NCBI GenBank assembly: GCA_947259705.1
Contig: CAMYNL010000001.1
Coordinates: 146,199 to 210,198, forward strand
DNA: 64,000 bases
Source: an uncultured Gammaproteobacteria bacterium
GTDB taxonomy: Bacteria > Pseudomonadota > Gammaproteobacteria > Arenicellales > JAANXG01
Direction of reading: 5' to 3'
Shown: positions 16,057 through 25,408 of the stretch, one piece after another
Layout: every line of letters begins with the position of its first letter
Numbering within the stretch: position 1 is the stretch's first letter
Made by a program: the position numbers and the translations under genes
Notes under the pieces: model-generated
Database searches by the model: none
What the model was told of the DNA's origin: nothing
Seen by the model: the letters and a program-made list of their open reading frames with translations, nothing else

Positions 16057-18750
16057 ATGAACCAAGACAAAAGCCTGCTCTTGCTGGTGGACGGCTCCTC
16101 CTACCTCTACCGGGCCTTTCATGCTCTGCCCGGCCTGACAAGTTCCGGTGGTCAGCTCACCGGTGCCGTCTACGGCGTGATCAGCATGATCCGGAAGCTG
16201 CTGGCCGATCATCACCCCGCCTACGCGGCGGTGGTTTTTGACGCCAAGGGCAAGTCCTTCCGCAATGAGCTTTATCCCGAGTACAAGTCCAACCGTCCTC
16301 CCATGCCTGACGAGCTCCGCAGCCAGCTGCCTTATGTGCACGATCTGGTGCGGGCGATGGGGCTGCCGCTTCTGATCGTGGACGGCGTAGAAGCCGACGA
16401 CGTCATCGCCACCCTGGCGCACCAAGCCCGGAGCCAGGATCTATCGGCGCTGGTGTCAACCGGAGATAAGGATCTTGCCCAGATCGTGAACGACGACGTG
16501 GAGCTGGTCGATACCATGCAGGACCAGCGTTACGACCAGCAGGCGGTGGAGCGCAAGTTCGGGGTCCCTCCAAGGATGATTGTTGATTACCTCGCCTTGG
16601 TGGGGGACGTGTCCGATAACGTTCCCGGGGTGCCGAAGGTGGGCCCCAAGACCGCCGCGAAGTGGCTGCATCAGTTCGGATCGCTGGATGGGGTCATTAG
16701 GCACGCCTCCGAAATAGGTGGCAAGGCGGGCGAGAATCTGCGCGCGGCGCTGGATCAGTTACCGTTATCGCGACAACTGGTAACCGTCAAGCGCGACGTG
16801 CCCCTGCAGGTGGCGCCCACGGACCTCCGGCCCGGCGACGCCGACTCCAAGCGCCTGAAGGAGCTTTACTCTGAACTCGAGTTCAATAGCTGGTTGTCGG
16901 AACTGGGCGGAGTCGACGAAGCCGCGGCAGAAGCCGCCAAGGCCGCGTACGCCACCATCCTCGACGAGCGGACCCTGAACGTCTGGCTAGACAAGCTTCG
17001 CTCCGCCGATCTGTTCGCGTTCGACACCGAAACGACCTCGTTGGACCCGGTCGAGGCAAAGCTGGTCGGGGTCTCCTTCGCTGTGGCACCTGGCGAGGCC
17101 GCCTATGTCCCCTGCGCTCATGACTATCCGGGCGTACCGCAACAGATCACGCGAGACCTGTTGCTCGCCCGGCTCGCGCCGCTGCTTCGGGACCCATCAT
17201 GCGCCAAGGTGGGGCAGAACCTGAAATACGATCACTGCGTGTTGTCGAGCTATGGTATCGATCTGAACGGGATTCGCTTCGACACCATGCTCGAATCCTA
17301 CGTTCTGGACAGCGTCGCCAACCGCCACGACATGGATACGCTGGCCCTGAAGTACCTTGGCTACAAGACCACTACGTTCGAGGAAGTCGCTGGCAAGGGT
17401 AAGAAGCAGTTGTGCTTCAGCGAGGTAACGCTCGACCAAGCCACGCCTTACGCCGCCGAGGACGCCGATGTGACCTTGCGCCTGCACCAGGTGCTATGGC
17501 CGAAGCTTGAGCAGAAGCCGCGCTTGAAGGACCTGTTCGAGAAGGTGGAAATGCCGCTGCTCACGGTATTGTCCCGGGTGGAGCGCAACGGTGTGAAGAT
17601 TGACGCTGAAATGCTGGCCCGGCAGAGCAGTGAGTTGACCGGGCGTATCGCCGAACTCGAGGCAGACGCGTACCGGCTGGCTCAGGGTCCCTTCAACATT
17701 GCTTCGCCGAAACAGATTCAGGAAGTGTTGTATGAACGTCTTAAATTGCCGGTGCTGCGAAAGACCCCGAAAGGGCAGCCTTCCACCGCAGAAAACGTAA
17801 TGCAAGAGCTGGCGATCGATTATGACCTGCCACAACTCATCCTTAAACACCGAGCTTTGAGCAAACTGAAGTCCACCTATACGGACAAACTGCCGGACAT
17901 GGTCAATCCCCGCACGGGCCGGGTACACACTTCATATCACCAGGCGGTCGCGGCCACCGGCCGTCTGTCGTCGAGCGAGCCCAATCTGCAGAATATCCCG
18001 ATCCGCACCGCTGAAGGCCGCCGTATCCGGGAGGCCTTTGTCCCGGAGCCGGGGAACTTGCTGCTGGCGGCAGACTATTCGCAGATCGAATTGCGCATCA
18101 TGGCGCACCTGTCGGGGGACGAAGGCCTTATGCAGGCGTTCGCCGCTGGCGCGGATGTGCATCGAGCCACTGCGGCGGAAGTGTTCGGGGTCGCACCCGG
18201 ACAGGTGAGCGAGGACCAGCGACGCCACGCCAAGGCGATAAATTTCGGCCTCATATACGGCATGTCCGCTTTCGGTCTGGCGCAACAGCTGCGTATCGAT
18301 AGGGTGGCGGCGCAGCAGTACATAGACCTGTACTTTGCGCGCTATCCGGGAGTGAAGGAATTCATGGACCAGACCCGGATAAACGCGCGCGCGACAGGTT
18401 ACGTGGAGACCCTTTTCGGCCGCCGGCTTTATGTCCCGGACATCGGCTCCAGCAATCATGCGCGGCGCCAGTATGCGGAACGGACTGCCATCAACGCCCC
18501 CATGCAGGGAAGCGCCGCCGACATCATCAAAATGGCCATGCTGGTCATCGACGATTGGCTGCGGGACGAGGGCCAGGCGGTGCGTATGATCATGCAGGTC
18601 CACGACGAGCTGGTCTTCGAGCTTTCCGAGGACCGAGTCGACACCGCGAAGGGGAAGATTGTTCAGATGATGGTTTCGGTCGCCGAGCTGGCGGTACCGC
18701 TGGAGGTGGACGTCGGGGTGGGCCAGAACTGGGCCGAAGCTCACCCCTGA
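16057..18750 (+). CDS. polA: DNA polymerase I
   Basis: 5'-3' exonuclease LVDGSSYLYRAFHA and EADDVI; 3'-5' exonuclease FDTETT and YAAEDAD; polymerase ADYSQIELR, KAINFGLIYG, QVHDEL. Confidence 0.98.
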   Translation: MNQDKSLLLLVDGSSYLYRAFHALPGLTSSGGQLTGAVYGVISMIRKLLADHHPAYAAVVFDAKGKSFRNELYPEYKSNRPPMPDELRSQLPYVHDLVRAMGLPLLIVDGVEADDVIATLAHQARSQDLSALVSTGDKDLAQIVNDDVELVDTMQDQRYDQQAVERKFGVPPRMIVDYLALVGDVSDNVPGVPKVGPKTAAKWLHQFGSLDGVIRHASEIGGKAGENLRAALDQLPLSRQLVTVKRDVPLQVAPTDLRPGDADSKRLKELYSELEFNSWLSELGGVDEAAAEAAKAAYATILDERTLNVWLDKLRSADLFAFDTETTSLDPVEAKLVGVSFAVAPGEAAYVPCAHDYPGVPQQITRDLLLARLAPLLRDPSCAKVGQNLKYDHCVLSSYGIDLNGIRFDTMLESYVLDSVANRHDMDTLALKYLGYKTTTFEEVAGKGKKQLCFSEVTLDQATPYAAEDADVTLRLHQVLWPKLEQKPRLKDLFEKVEMPLLTVLSRVERNGVKIDAEMLARQSSELTGRIAELEADAYRLAQGPFNIASPKQIQEVLYERLKLPVLRKTPKGQPSTAENVMQELAIDYDLPQLILKHRALSKLKSTYTDKLPDMVNPRTGRVHTSYHQAVAATGRLSSSEPNLQNIPIRTAEGRRIREAFVPEPGNLLLAADYSQIELRIMAHLSGDEGLMQAFAAGADVHRATAAEVFGVAPGQVSEDQRRHAKAINFGLIYGMSAFGLAQQLRIDRVAAQQYIDLYFARYPGVKEFMDQTRINARATGYVETLFGRRLYVPDIGSSNHARRQYAERTAINAPMQGSAADIIKMAMLVIDDWLRDEGQAVRMIMQVHDELVFELSEDRVDTAKGKIVQMMVSVAELAVPLEVDVGVGQNWAEAHP

Positions 18751-18824
18751 TGTCGGCGCCGGGCGTGGAGGCTCGCGCCTGCACTCGGCAAGATTAAGTT
18801 TTGGTAAGCGAGGCTTGCCCGGGG

Positions 18825-18851
18825 GAACTTCGCATAGAGCGCGAAGTCTCA
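18825..18851 (+). promoter_or_regulatory. SigmaE/AlgU-type (ECF) promoter
   Basis: GAACTT (18825-18830), 16-nt spacer, TCTCA (18847-18851), matching GAACTT-N16-TCTNA. Confidence 0.72.
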
Positions 18852-18856
18852 GTGAT

Positions 18857-18983
18857 CAGGTCGATGTGGAAGAGTCGACCTCCCGCTCTCTCCTCCCTGA
18901 GCGGGAAGGGGCCGCGCAAAGCGGCACCTTATATTGTTGAGAGCCCCGGACAGACCTCCCCTTAGCGTTCCGGGGCCTTTTTT
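18857..18983 (+). ncRNA. Candidate small regulatory RNA in the polA-engB interval (Spot42/ErsA/sX13 position)
   Basis: ECF promoter, three consecutive hairpins, an AU-rich linker, and a terminal GCCCCGGA/TCCGGGGC stem plus T6. The loops are CU-rich and there is no credible ORF. Confidence 0.72.
18943..18983 (+). terminator. Intrinsic terminator of the sRNA candidate
   Basis: 8-bp stem 18943-18950/18969-18976 followed by TTTTTT (18978-18983). Confidence 0.78.
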
Positions 18984-19021
18984 GTTGTCTCGCCCCGGTG
19001 CCGCGGTCCGTAATCTTTGCC

Positions 19022-19639
19022 TCAATCCAACCATTCCGTGATGCGCCGACGCGCTTCGTCGAGACCCACGTGGGTCACCGCCGAGAACAACTGGATGGAC
19101 ACAGGAATATCAAAGCGTTTGGTAACGCCTCCCACCTCCTGCCGCACGCGCGCGCAGCGACTGCGGCTCAGCTTGTCGCACTTGGTCAGCAGAACGTGCA
19201 CCGGCATGGCTGCGGCACTACACCAGGCAAGCATCTGCATGTCCAGCGGCATCAGGGGATGCCGGGCATCCATCAGCAGAATGAGACCGCGCAGGCTGTT
19301 GCGGCTGCGCAGATAGTGCTCCAGCACCTGTTCCCAGTGACGCTTCAGTCCAGGCGGCACTTTGGCGTAACCGTATCCCGGGAGGTCTACCAGGTAGCGA
19401 GACGGCGCCAGTTCGAAAAAAATAATCTGCTGGGTTCGGCCGGGGGTCTTACTGGTCCGGGCCAGGCCTCTGCGCTGGGTGATGGCGTTGAGGGCGCTGG
19501 ATTTACCGACATTGGAGCGCCCGGAAAAAGCGACCTCCGCGGCGTCATCGGGCGGCCACTGGGCGGGATCGTGGGCGGCGACGATGAATCTCGGCGAACG
19601 GAGCAGCAGCGGGATTGTTGGCGGCTTGGTCTCGGACAA
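19022..19639 (-). CDS. engB: Ribosome biogenesis GTPase EngB/YihA
   Basis: GRSNVGKSS, SKTPGRT, DLPGYGYA, DARH, TKCDK. Confidence 0.95.
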   Translation of the reverse strand: MSETKPPTIPLLLRSPRFIVAAHDPAQWPPDDAAEVAFSGRSNVGKSSALNAITQRRGLARTSKTPGRTQQIIFFELAPSRYLVDLPGYGYAKVPPGLKRHWEQVLEHYLRSRNSLRGLILLMDARHPLMPLDMQMLAWCSAAAMPVHVLLTKCDKLSRSRCARVRQEVGGVTKRFDIPVSIQLFSAVTHVGLDEARRRITEWLD

Positions 19640-19862
19640 TGGCCTGTCTTTCGGTTCGCGGGTTGGGCGCTATTGTCGCTCAACGGGGGACGTGTTATAA
19701 AACGGCCCCTGTTTTCTAGGGTTTCTGGCGTTCGACCACCGCGTTGCGGCTAGGCGTGCGTACCGGCACCGCCAACTTCACCCCATGCTATCACGCAGGC
19801 CCCCTCATGTTGGCGCCGGCCGGGCGGGAGCAGGTCGATCAGACAACCGACTGGAGGCTTCA

Positions 19863-20480
19863 ATGCTACGAAAGATAACAACTTGGGCAGCCGCACTCAC
19901 CTGCACCGCCCTGGTCCCCACCGTGCAGGCTTCCGGCGACGCCGTGGCGGGCGAGACGGCGGCCAAGCAGATGTGTGCCGCCTGCCACGGGGCGGACGGC
20001 AACAGCCCGGCGCCGAATTTCCCGAGCCTGGCGGGACAGGTGCCCGGCTATGTCGCCGATCAACTGGCGCGCTTCAAGTCGGGCGAGCGCGAAAATGCAG
20101 TGATGGCCGGTATTGCGCAACCGTTGACACCGGAGCAGATGGCGAACCTCGATGCTTACTTCTCCAGCCAGGAGGTGAAACCCGGCGCGGTACCGGAGGA
20201 GGACAAGGAGTCCGCCGAGCGCGGGGGGTGGTTGTACCGTGGCGGGTACGCGCCCATGGACGTCGCCGCGTGCATGAGTTGCCATGGTCCGAGTGGCCAT
20301 GGTGTGCCACGCCGCTACCCGCGGGTGTCGGGACAGAAGCGTGAATACCTCGAGCAACAGCTACTGGCGTTCAAATCGGGCCAGCGGCCTAGTTATGGCA
20401 ACATCATGACCAGCATCGCGTTTCGCATGTCGGCACAGCAGATCAAGGACGTCTCCGCCTACATGCATGCGCTTCAATAG
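19863..20480 (+). CDS. Di-haem cytochrome c4
   Basis: Signal peptide, two CxxCH motifs (CAACH, CMSCH), P.LAGQ repeats, and GGAGG RBS at 19853. Divergent from engB. Confidence 0.93.
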   Translation: MLRKITTWAAALTCTALVPTVQASGDAVAGETAAKQMCAACHGADGNSPAPNFPSLAGQVPGYVADQLARFKSGERENAVMAGIAQPLTPEQMANLDAYFSSQEVKPGAVPEEDKESAERGGWLYRGGYAPMDVAACMSCHGPSGHGVPRRYPRVSGQKREYLEQQLLAFKSGQRPSYGNIMTSIAFRMSAQQIKDVSAYMHALQ

Positions 20481-20622
20481 CTGGTCGGTCGCGGTTCGGG
20501 ACGACCACTGTAACGGGTGGCCCGGCGCCGTTCTTTGTGGATTTGGCCGGCCCGCTAAAAGCCGCTTCCGGGATTGAGCGGTATACTCCTTCACCAATAT
20601 TCAGCGAGAGGTTCTGCAATCA

Positions 20623-21060
20623 ATGTGGTCCGGAAATATTCGACTTTTATTAGTGGTTACAGTGTTTGTCGCGGCACCCTTGTGGGCGGCAGAGGTCACC
20701 GTCTACAAGAGCCCCACCTGCGGGTGCTGCAAGAAATGGGTGGAGCACCTCGAGCAGAGCGGCTTCGAGGTGAAGACCTACGATGTGCGTGATGTCGTGT
20801 CCTACAAGGTTCGGATGGGCGTCCCGCGGACGCTGGGTTCCTGCCATACGGCGTTGGTGGATGGCTATGTCATTGAGGGCCACGTCCCGGCGGACGATAT
20901 CAAGCGGTTGTTGACGCAGCGCCCGCGGGTATCGGGGCTGGCGGTCCCGGGCATGCCGATAGGCTCGCCGGGCATGGAGCAGGGCAACCGTCGCGACCGT
21001 TACGATGTGCTCAGCTTCACCGCGGACGGTGTGACCGAGGTTTTCGCGACGCACCAGTAG
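20623..21060 (+). CDS. DUF411/CopG-like periplasmic metal-binding protein
   Basis: YKSPTCGCCKKW, SCHTA, IEGHVPA, GLAVPGMPIGSPGME. Confidence 0.9.
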   Translation: MWSGNIRLLLVVTVFVAAPLWAAEVTVYKSPTCGCCKKWVEHLEQSGFEVKTYDVRDVVSYKVRMGVPRTLGSCHTALVDGYVIEGHVPADDIKRLLTQRPRVSGLAVPGMPIGSPGMEQGNRRDRYDVLSFTADGVTEVFATHQ

Positions 21061-21191
21061 TTGCCCGCCGCGGGCGGTCGGTAGCGGGCGGCGGTACTCC
21101 TGGCCCGCGGGATTGGTATCGCGCCAGTACCAACTGTCCGGTCAAGACGACGCCCGTCCCGCGCTGCAGGGATCGGCTCCCCGCCCGCGGG

Positions 21192-21818
21192 TCAGCGGCC
21201 TGCCAGGATGCCACGCCGGTCTCGACTCAGCTCGCGCCACAGCCCGTCAATGTTGTCGCGAAAGATGTCATCCGCGTCGGCGGCAGCCAATTTCCAGTCT
21301 CCGTGCTGCAGCTCCCATTGGAGCTGCCCCGGGGCCCAGCCTGCGTAGCCAAGGAAAATGCGCAGAGGCATTGCCGGGGTTGCCATCAGGCGTTTGAGAA
21401 ACGCGATGTCGGCGTGAAAATAGACATCGTCGAGCACGGCTTTTCCTGCAGGCTCCAACTCACGGGCGCGATAAAGATAGGCGAAATGACCCAAGGCGAC
21501 CGGTCCTCCCACGTGGATGAGATGCTGCCTTGACGCGGCGGCGTCGAAGTCCGGAAAAAACTCCGTGGCGGTGGTGGAGGTACGGCGATTCACGATCAGG
21601 CCGTGGCTTCCCTGCACGGAATGTTCGACGAGCAGGATAACGGTCTCGGCGAAACGTGGATCCGCGATGTCCGGGCTGGCGACCAGAAACAGACCTGCGC
21701 CAAGATCGTCAGGCGACGGGCTCTGGGATAACGCGGCACCGCTGTAGAGCGATACCGTGCAAATGAAGAGTGCCCCCATGCACAGGGATCGGAGTGGTAA
21801 GGCCCGCTGTCGCACCAA
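21192..21818 (-). CDS. YqgE/AlgH family protein with N-terminal signal-like extension
   Basis: FLVASP...DPRFAETVILL, GLIVNR, GGPV, RIFLGYAGWAPGQLQWEL..GDW. Confidence 0.88.
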   Translation of the reverse strand: MVRQRALPLRSLCMGALFICTVSLYSGAALSQSPSPDDLGAGLFLVASPDIADPRFAETVILLVEHSVQGSHGLIVNRRTSTTATEFFPDFDAAASRQHLIHVGGPVALGHFAYLYRARELEPAGKAVLDDVYFHADIAFLKRLMATPAMPLRIFLGYAGWAPGQLQWELQHGDWKLAAADADDIFRDNIDGLWRELSRDRRGILAGR

Positions 21819-22106
21819 GCGCCGCTTCCCGTATCAAGAGATGGTCTTACCCTACTCCTTTCCGGGCCCGGTGAGAACCTCCATGCAGTCATGAGGCCCG
21901 TAGGAGGGCGGGGCAGCCATGACCTCCTCGCGCGGGTTTGGCGCCGGTGCCGCTCGACGGCCGGCGGTTTGCATGCCAGCGCGCCGTACTGGCGCCGATG
22001 ACCGCGTGGGTGGCGCCTGTTGAACGGCGGCATGGCGGAAACGGGTACACGTATTTTCGGGGCTTTCGCGCTATCATTACCAGTTCGCGCGAGCACCACT
22101 GAATCA

Positions 22107-22532
22107 ATGCCTCACCACACCGCCCCAGCCAGACAGTTCACGCCGCATGAATTCGGGGGCCTGGTCGACGTCGCCGTCAAGGCCGGGCAACGGCGTACCC
22201 CGGTGATCGAGACCGCGGACGACGGGGATACCAATCCATACCGCAATGCAGTAGAAGCGTTGCGAGAGGTGTTCCCGGAGGACGATGAAGCGTTTCACGG
22301 TGCCGCAACACGTTTCGTCGCGCTGATGCGGCTGTTTGCGGACGATCGTCTCGGATCCTGGGCACGGCACGACCGCAGCCATGGAGAGCACAGCAGCATA
22401 CACCCGGCCGTGATTCATGTCGCCGCGCAGATGAAATTAACGCCGAACGACAGGTTTCCCGAAAAACGCTTTCTGCTCGCGGTGGCGGAGGTCGCGGCAG
22501 CGAGCTATCCAGAGGTCAAAGGTTGGGACTGA
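22107..22532 (+). CDS. Hypothetical protein
   Basis: Globular-looking ~141-aa ORF whose stop overlaps the start of phoX. No recognised motif. Confidence 0.6.
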   Translation: MPHHTAPARQFTPHEFGGLVDVAVKAGQRRTPVIETADDGDTNPYRNAVEALREVFPEDDEAFHGAATRFVALMRLFADDRLGSWARHDRSHGEHSSIHPAVIHVAAQMKLTPNDRFPEKRFLLAVAEVAAASYPEVKGWD

Positions 22533-24421
22533 CCGCGGATCCGGACGACAGGTCGAGCAGCCCCGACGTCGCACCCTGCTTCCAGGAGGTGCTGACGCAG
22601 CGGCTGTCCCGCCGCGGTCTGCTCAAGCTGATTGCGGCCGGCGGGTTGATGGCCTGCGTGCCGAGGCAGCCGCTGCACGGTGCGGAAGCGCAGTCGCCCG
22701 CCCCCGAACTGGATTTTGCCGAGATCCCCCACGGCCGGGATGACACCGTGCACGTCCCCAGCGGGCACGAAGTCCAGGTCCTGCTGCGCTGGGGTGACCC
22801 GTTGTTCGCGGATATGCCCGATTTTGATCCGCTCGCCCAGGACGCGGCCGGACAGCGACGCCGGTTCGGGTACAACAACGATTTCGTTGCCTTCATGCCC
22901 TTCCGGGACGGTGTTGATCAAGACGCACGGGGCTTGCTGGTGGTCAATCATGAATCTACCCAGGCCCCCTTGATGTTCCCCGGCTCGCCGTCGCCGTTAC
23001 GTTTGACCAGGCCGCAGTGCGACGTAGAAATCGCCGCACATGGGGTTTCTGTTGTCGAGGTCAGGCACCGACAGGGCCAGTGGAGGGTTCAGTTGGACTC
23101 CTCGCACAATCGACGCGTCACCCCTGAGACCCCGGCGCGTCTCAGCGGGCCGGCTGCGGGGCATCCCCGACTGCGGACGTCGTACAGCAGCGACGGGGTG
23201 CGCAGTCTCGGCACCTACGGCAACTGCGCGGGCGGGGTGACGCCATGGGGCACGGTGCTGACCGCGGAAGAGAACGTCCAGTTCTACTTCACCGGCGACC
23301 CGAGGCGCGGGCCGGAGGCCGAGAATTACCGCCGCTTCGGTAGGTATGGCTGGGGGATGTTCGCATGGGGTCGACATTACCCGCGCTGGAACCTGGAGCA
23401 GGAGCCGAGGGAGCCGCTGCATACGGGGTGGATCGTAGAGATAGATCCCTATGATGCTGAGTTCGTGCCGCGCAAACGGACTGCGCTGGGCCGCTTCAAG
23501 CACGAGGGCTGCAGCGTGCATCTGAACAGCGACGGCCGCGTCGTGGCTTACATGGGGGACGACCAGCGGTTCGAGTATATCTATCGGTTCCTCAGTGCCG
23601 GCCGCTTCGACCCTCATGACCGGGCGGGAAACCTTTCCCTGCTCGATGAAGGTGAGTTATCGGTGGCGGATTTTCGCGCTGACGGAACCGTGGTCTGGCA
23701 CGCGCTGACATTCGGACATGGACCGCTGACGCCGCGAAACGGCTTTCACAGCCAGGCAGACGTGGTGCTGGATGCGCGGCGGGCGGCGGACCTGATGGGG
23801 GCAACGCGAATGGACAGACCCGAGGAAGTCGAGGTGAACCCGCTTTCCGGCGAGGTATTCGTGATGTTGACCAAGAACCAGAAACGCGCCAGCACGGACA
23901 CGGATGCGGTGAATCCCCGTGGCCCCAATCGGTTCGGCCATGTGCTGACTCTGGTGCCGCCGGGCGGTGACCACGCCATGCCGGAGTATCGCTGGGAATT
24001 GTTCCTGCTCGCGGGAGATCCGCAGCAGCGGGGTCACGGCGCCGTGTATCATCCCGATATCAGCCGCCATGGCTGGTTTCTGGCCCCGGACAACTGCGCG
24101 TTCGACCGCCACGGCCGGCTATGGATTACCACCGACGGCAACGACGCTGCCGGTATAGCCGACGGCATCTGGGCGTGCGAAACAAGCGGTGCCCGGCGCG
24201 CCCTGACGCGGCATTTTCTCCGCGCCCCGCTCGGTGCCGAGCCGAGCGGTCCCTGTTTCACGCCCGGCGACACAACCTTATTCTGCGCCATCCAGCACCC
24301 GGGAGAGGGATCGACTTTCGATCACCCCAGCACGCGGTGGCCCGATTTCGACCAGCGCATGCCGCCGCGGCCCGCGCTGGTGGCGGTGACCCGCAGCGAC
24401 GGCGGGAACATCGGGGGCTGA
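22523..24421 (+). CDS. phoX: PhoX family alkaline phosphatase (Tat-exported)
   Basis: LSRRGLLK Tat motif; FGYNND, VNHE, NCAGGVTPWGT.LTAEEN, GRFKHE, MDRPE, PDN, IQHPGE. Confidence 0.92.
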   Translation: MGLTADPDDRSSSPDVAPCFQEVLTQRLSRRGLLKLIAAGGLMACVPRQPLHGAEAQSPAPELDFAEIPHGRDDTVHVPSGHEVQVLLRWGDPLFADMPDFDPLAQDAAGQRRRFGYNNDFVAFMPFRDGVDQDARGLLVVNHESTQAPLMFPGSPSPLRLTRPQCDVEIAAHGVSVVEVRHRQGQWRVQLDSSHNRRVTPETPARLSGPAAGHPRLRTSYSSDGVRSLGTYGNCAGGVTPWGTVLTAEENVQFYFTGDPRRGPEAENYRRFGRYGWGMFAWGRHYPRWNLEQEPREPLHTGWIVEIDPYDAEFVPRKRTALGRFKHEGCSVHLNSDGRVVAYMGDDQRFEYIYRFLSAGRFDPHDRAGNLSLLDEGELSVADFRADGTVVWHALTFGHGPLTPRNGFHSQADVVLDARRAADLMGATRMDRPEEVEVNPLSGEVFVMLTKNQKRASTDTDAVNPRGPNRFGHVLTLVPPGGDHAMPEYRWELFLLAGDPQQRGHGAVYHPDISRHGWFLAPDNCAFDRHGRLWITTDGNDAAGIADGIWACETSGARRALTRHFLRAPLGAEPSGPCFTPGDTTLFCAIQHPGEGSTFDHPSTRWPDFDQRMPPRPALVAVTRSDGGNIGG

Positions 24422-25408
24422 GTGCTGAGCCCCCGCTTCTTGGCTATGGTGCTGTTCGCCGCCGGTCTGATCCTGGTAGTGGGCAGCTGTGTTCCGGTAG
24501 TAGACAGTCTTTACCGTTTCGCGACCCTGGCTCCCGTGATGACGTGGACAGTACCCACCACCACCGGGCGGGTACACGCCGAGTACCGTGTTCGCGCCGG
24601 CGAACGGCTCGCCGCAGGATTGCGCTGGCGCGACAGCAAATCACCGGAGCCCGTCCGGGACGACGTGTCGTTCACGCTGGAGATCACGGATGCCGAGGGG
24701 AGGTCCCTACAGCGTCTACGTGACGCGTGGGCCGGCCCGCGACCGTCCCGGACCACGTCCGGCGCTGGCGGCGCCGGGGCCCATGTCGGCACGGCGCGCT
24801 GGCTGCCGCCGTTCGCGGTGGCGGACGAAACCGTGCTTAACATTTACTTCGCCGCAGAGCCTGCCGACCTGGAAGCGGCCGGCACGCGCCGGCTGGAGCT
24901 GCAGTTGTTCCGCGACGTGCCGGAGTTCACCGTGTCGTTCTTCAGTGCTCTGGTGCTGTGGATACTCGGTATCCTGACGGTCCTGATCGGCGCTATCTGG
25001 TGGTTGCGCCACCTGGCCGGGGATGTCGCGGCGCCGGTGGCGGCATCCCCAGGGGATGACGAACGGCTATGGGCCATGTTCTGCCATCTCTCCGCGATGC
25101 TGGGTTATCTGTTGCCATTCGGACAGCTGATCGGTCCGAGCGTGGTCTGGATGGCGAAGCGGGACCGGTCGGGCTTCATCGATGCGCACGGGCGTGAGGC
25201 ACTGAATTTCCAGATCTCCGTCATGCTCTACGCCGTGATTGCCTTGATTGCATGTTTTGTACTCATCGGGTTCCTGTTGCTGTTTGCGCTGGTAATTTTT
25301 CATGTCTCCATGACGCTTTATGCGTCATTGCGCGCGCAGCAGGGCGACGCGGTGCATTACCCCCTGGCGCTGCGTATCCTGCCGGCACGGCATTTTACTT
25401 CAGGTTAG
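24422..25408 (+). CDS. DUF4870-type membrane domain fused to an N-terminal extracytoplasmic domain
   Basis: C-terminal [12 protein letters not shown]...[22 protein letters not shown]...YPL. The N-terminus is a TM segment plus ~140 aa soluble region plus TM. Confidence 0.75.
   Translation: MLSPRFLAMVLFAAGLILVVGSCVPVVDSLYRFATLAPVMTWTVPTTTGRVHAEYRVRAGERLAAGLRWRDSKSPEPVRDDVSFTLEITDAEGRSLQRLRDAWAGPRPSRTTSGAGGAGAHVGTARWLPPFAVADETVLNIYFAAEPADLEAAGTRRLELQLFRDVPEFTVSFFSALVLWILGILTVLIGAIWWLRHLAGDVAAPVAASPGDDERLWAMFCHLSAMLGYLLPFGQLIGPSVVWMAKRDRSGFIDAHGREALNFQISVMLYAVIALIACFVLIGFLLLFALVIFHVSMTLYASLRAQQGDAVHYPLALRILPARHFTSG

Noticed and set aside
17932-18744. Long antisense or alternate-frame ORFs (also 2536-3387, 36125-37027, 41237-42214, 45686-46492, 47816-48553, 57987-58814, 60851-61654)
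   Set aside because: These are shadows of well-supported genes, expected from stop-codon scarcity in GC-rich DNA, and carry no motifs of their own.
21819-22106. GTCATG...CATGAC stem and short ORFs between algH-like gene and the phoX unit
   Set aside because: Pairing is weak, there is no recognisable RNA family, and the ORFs have shadow-like composition.
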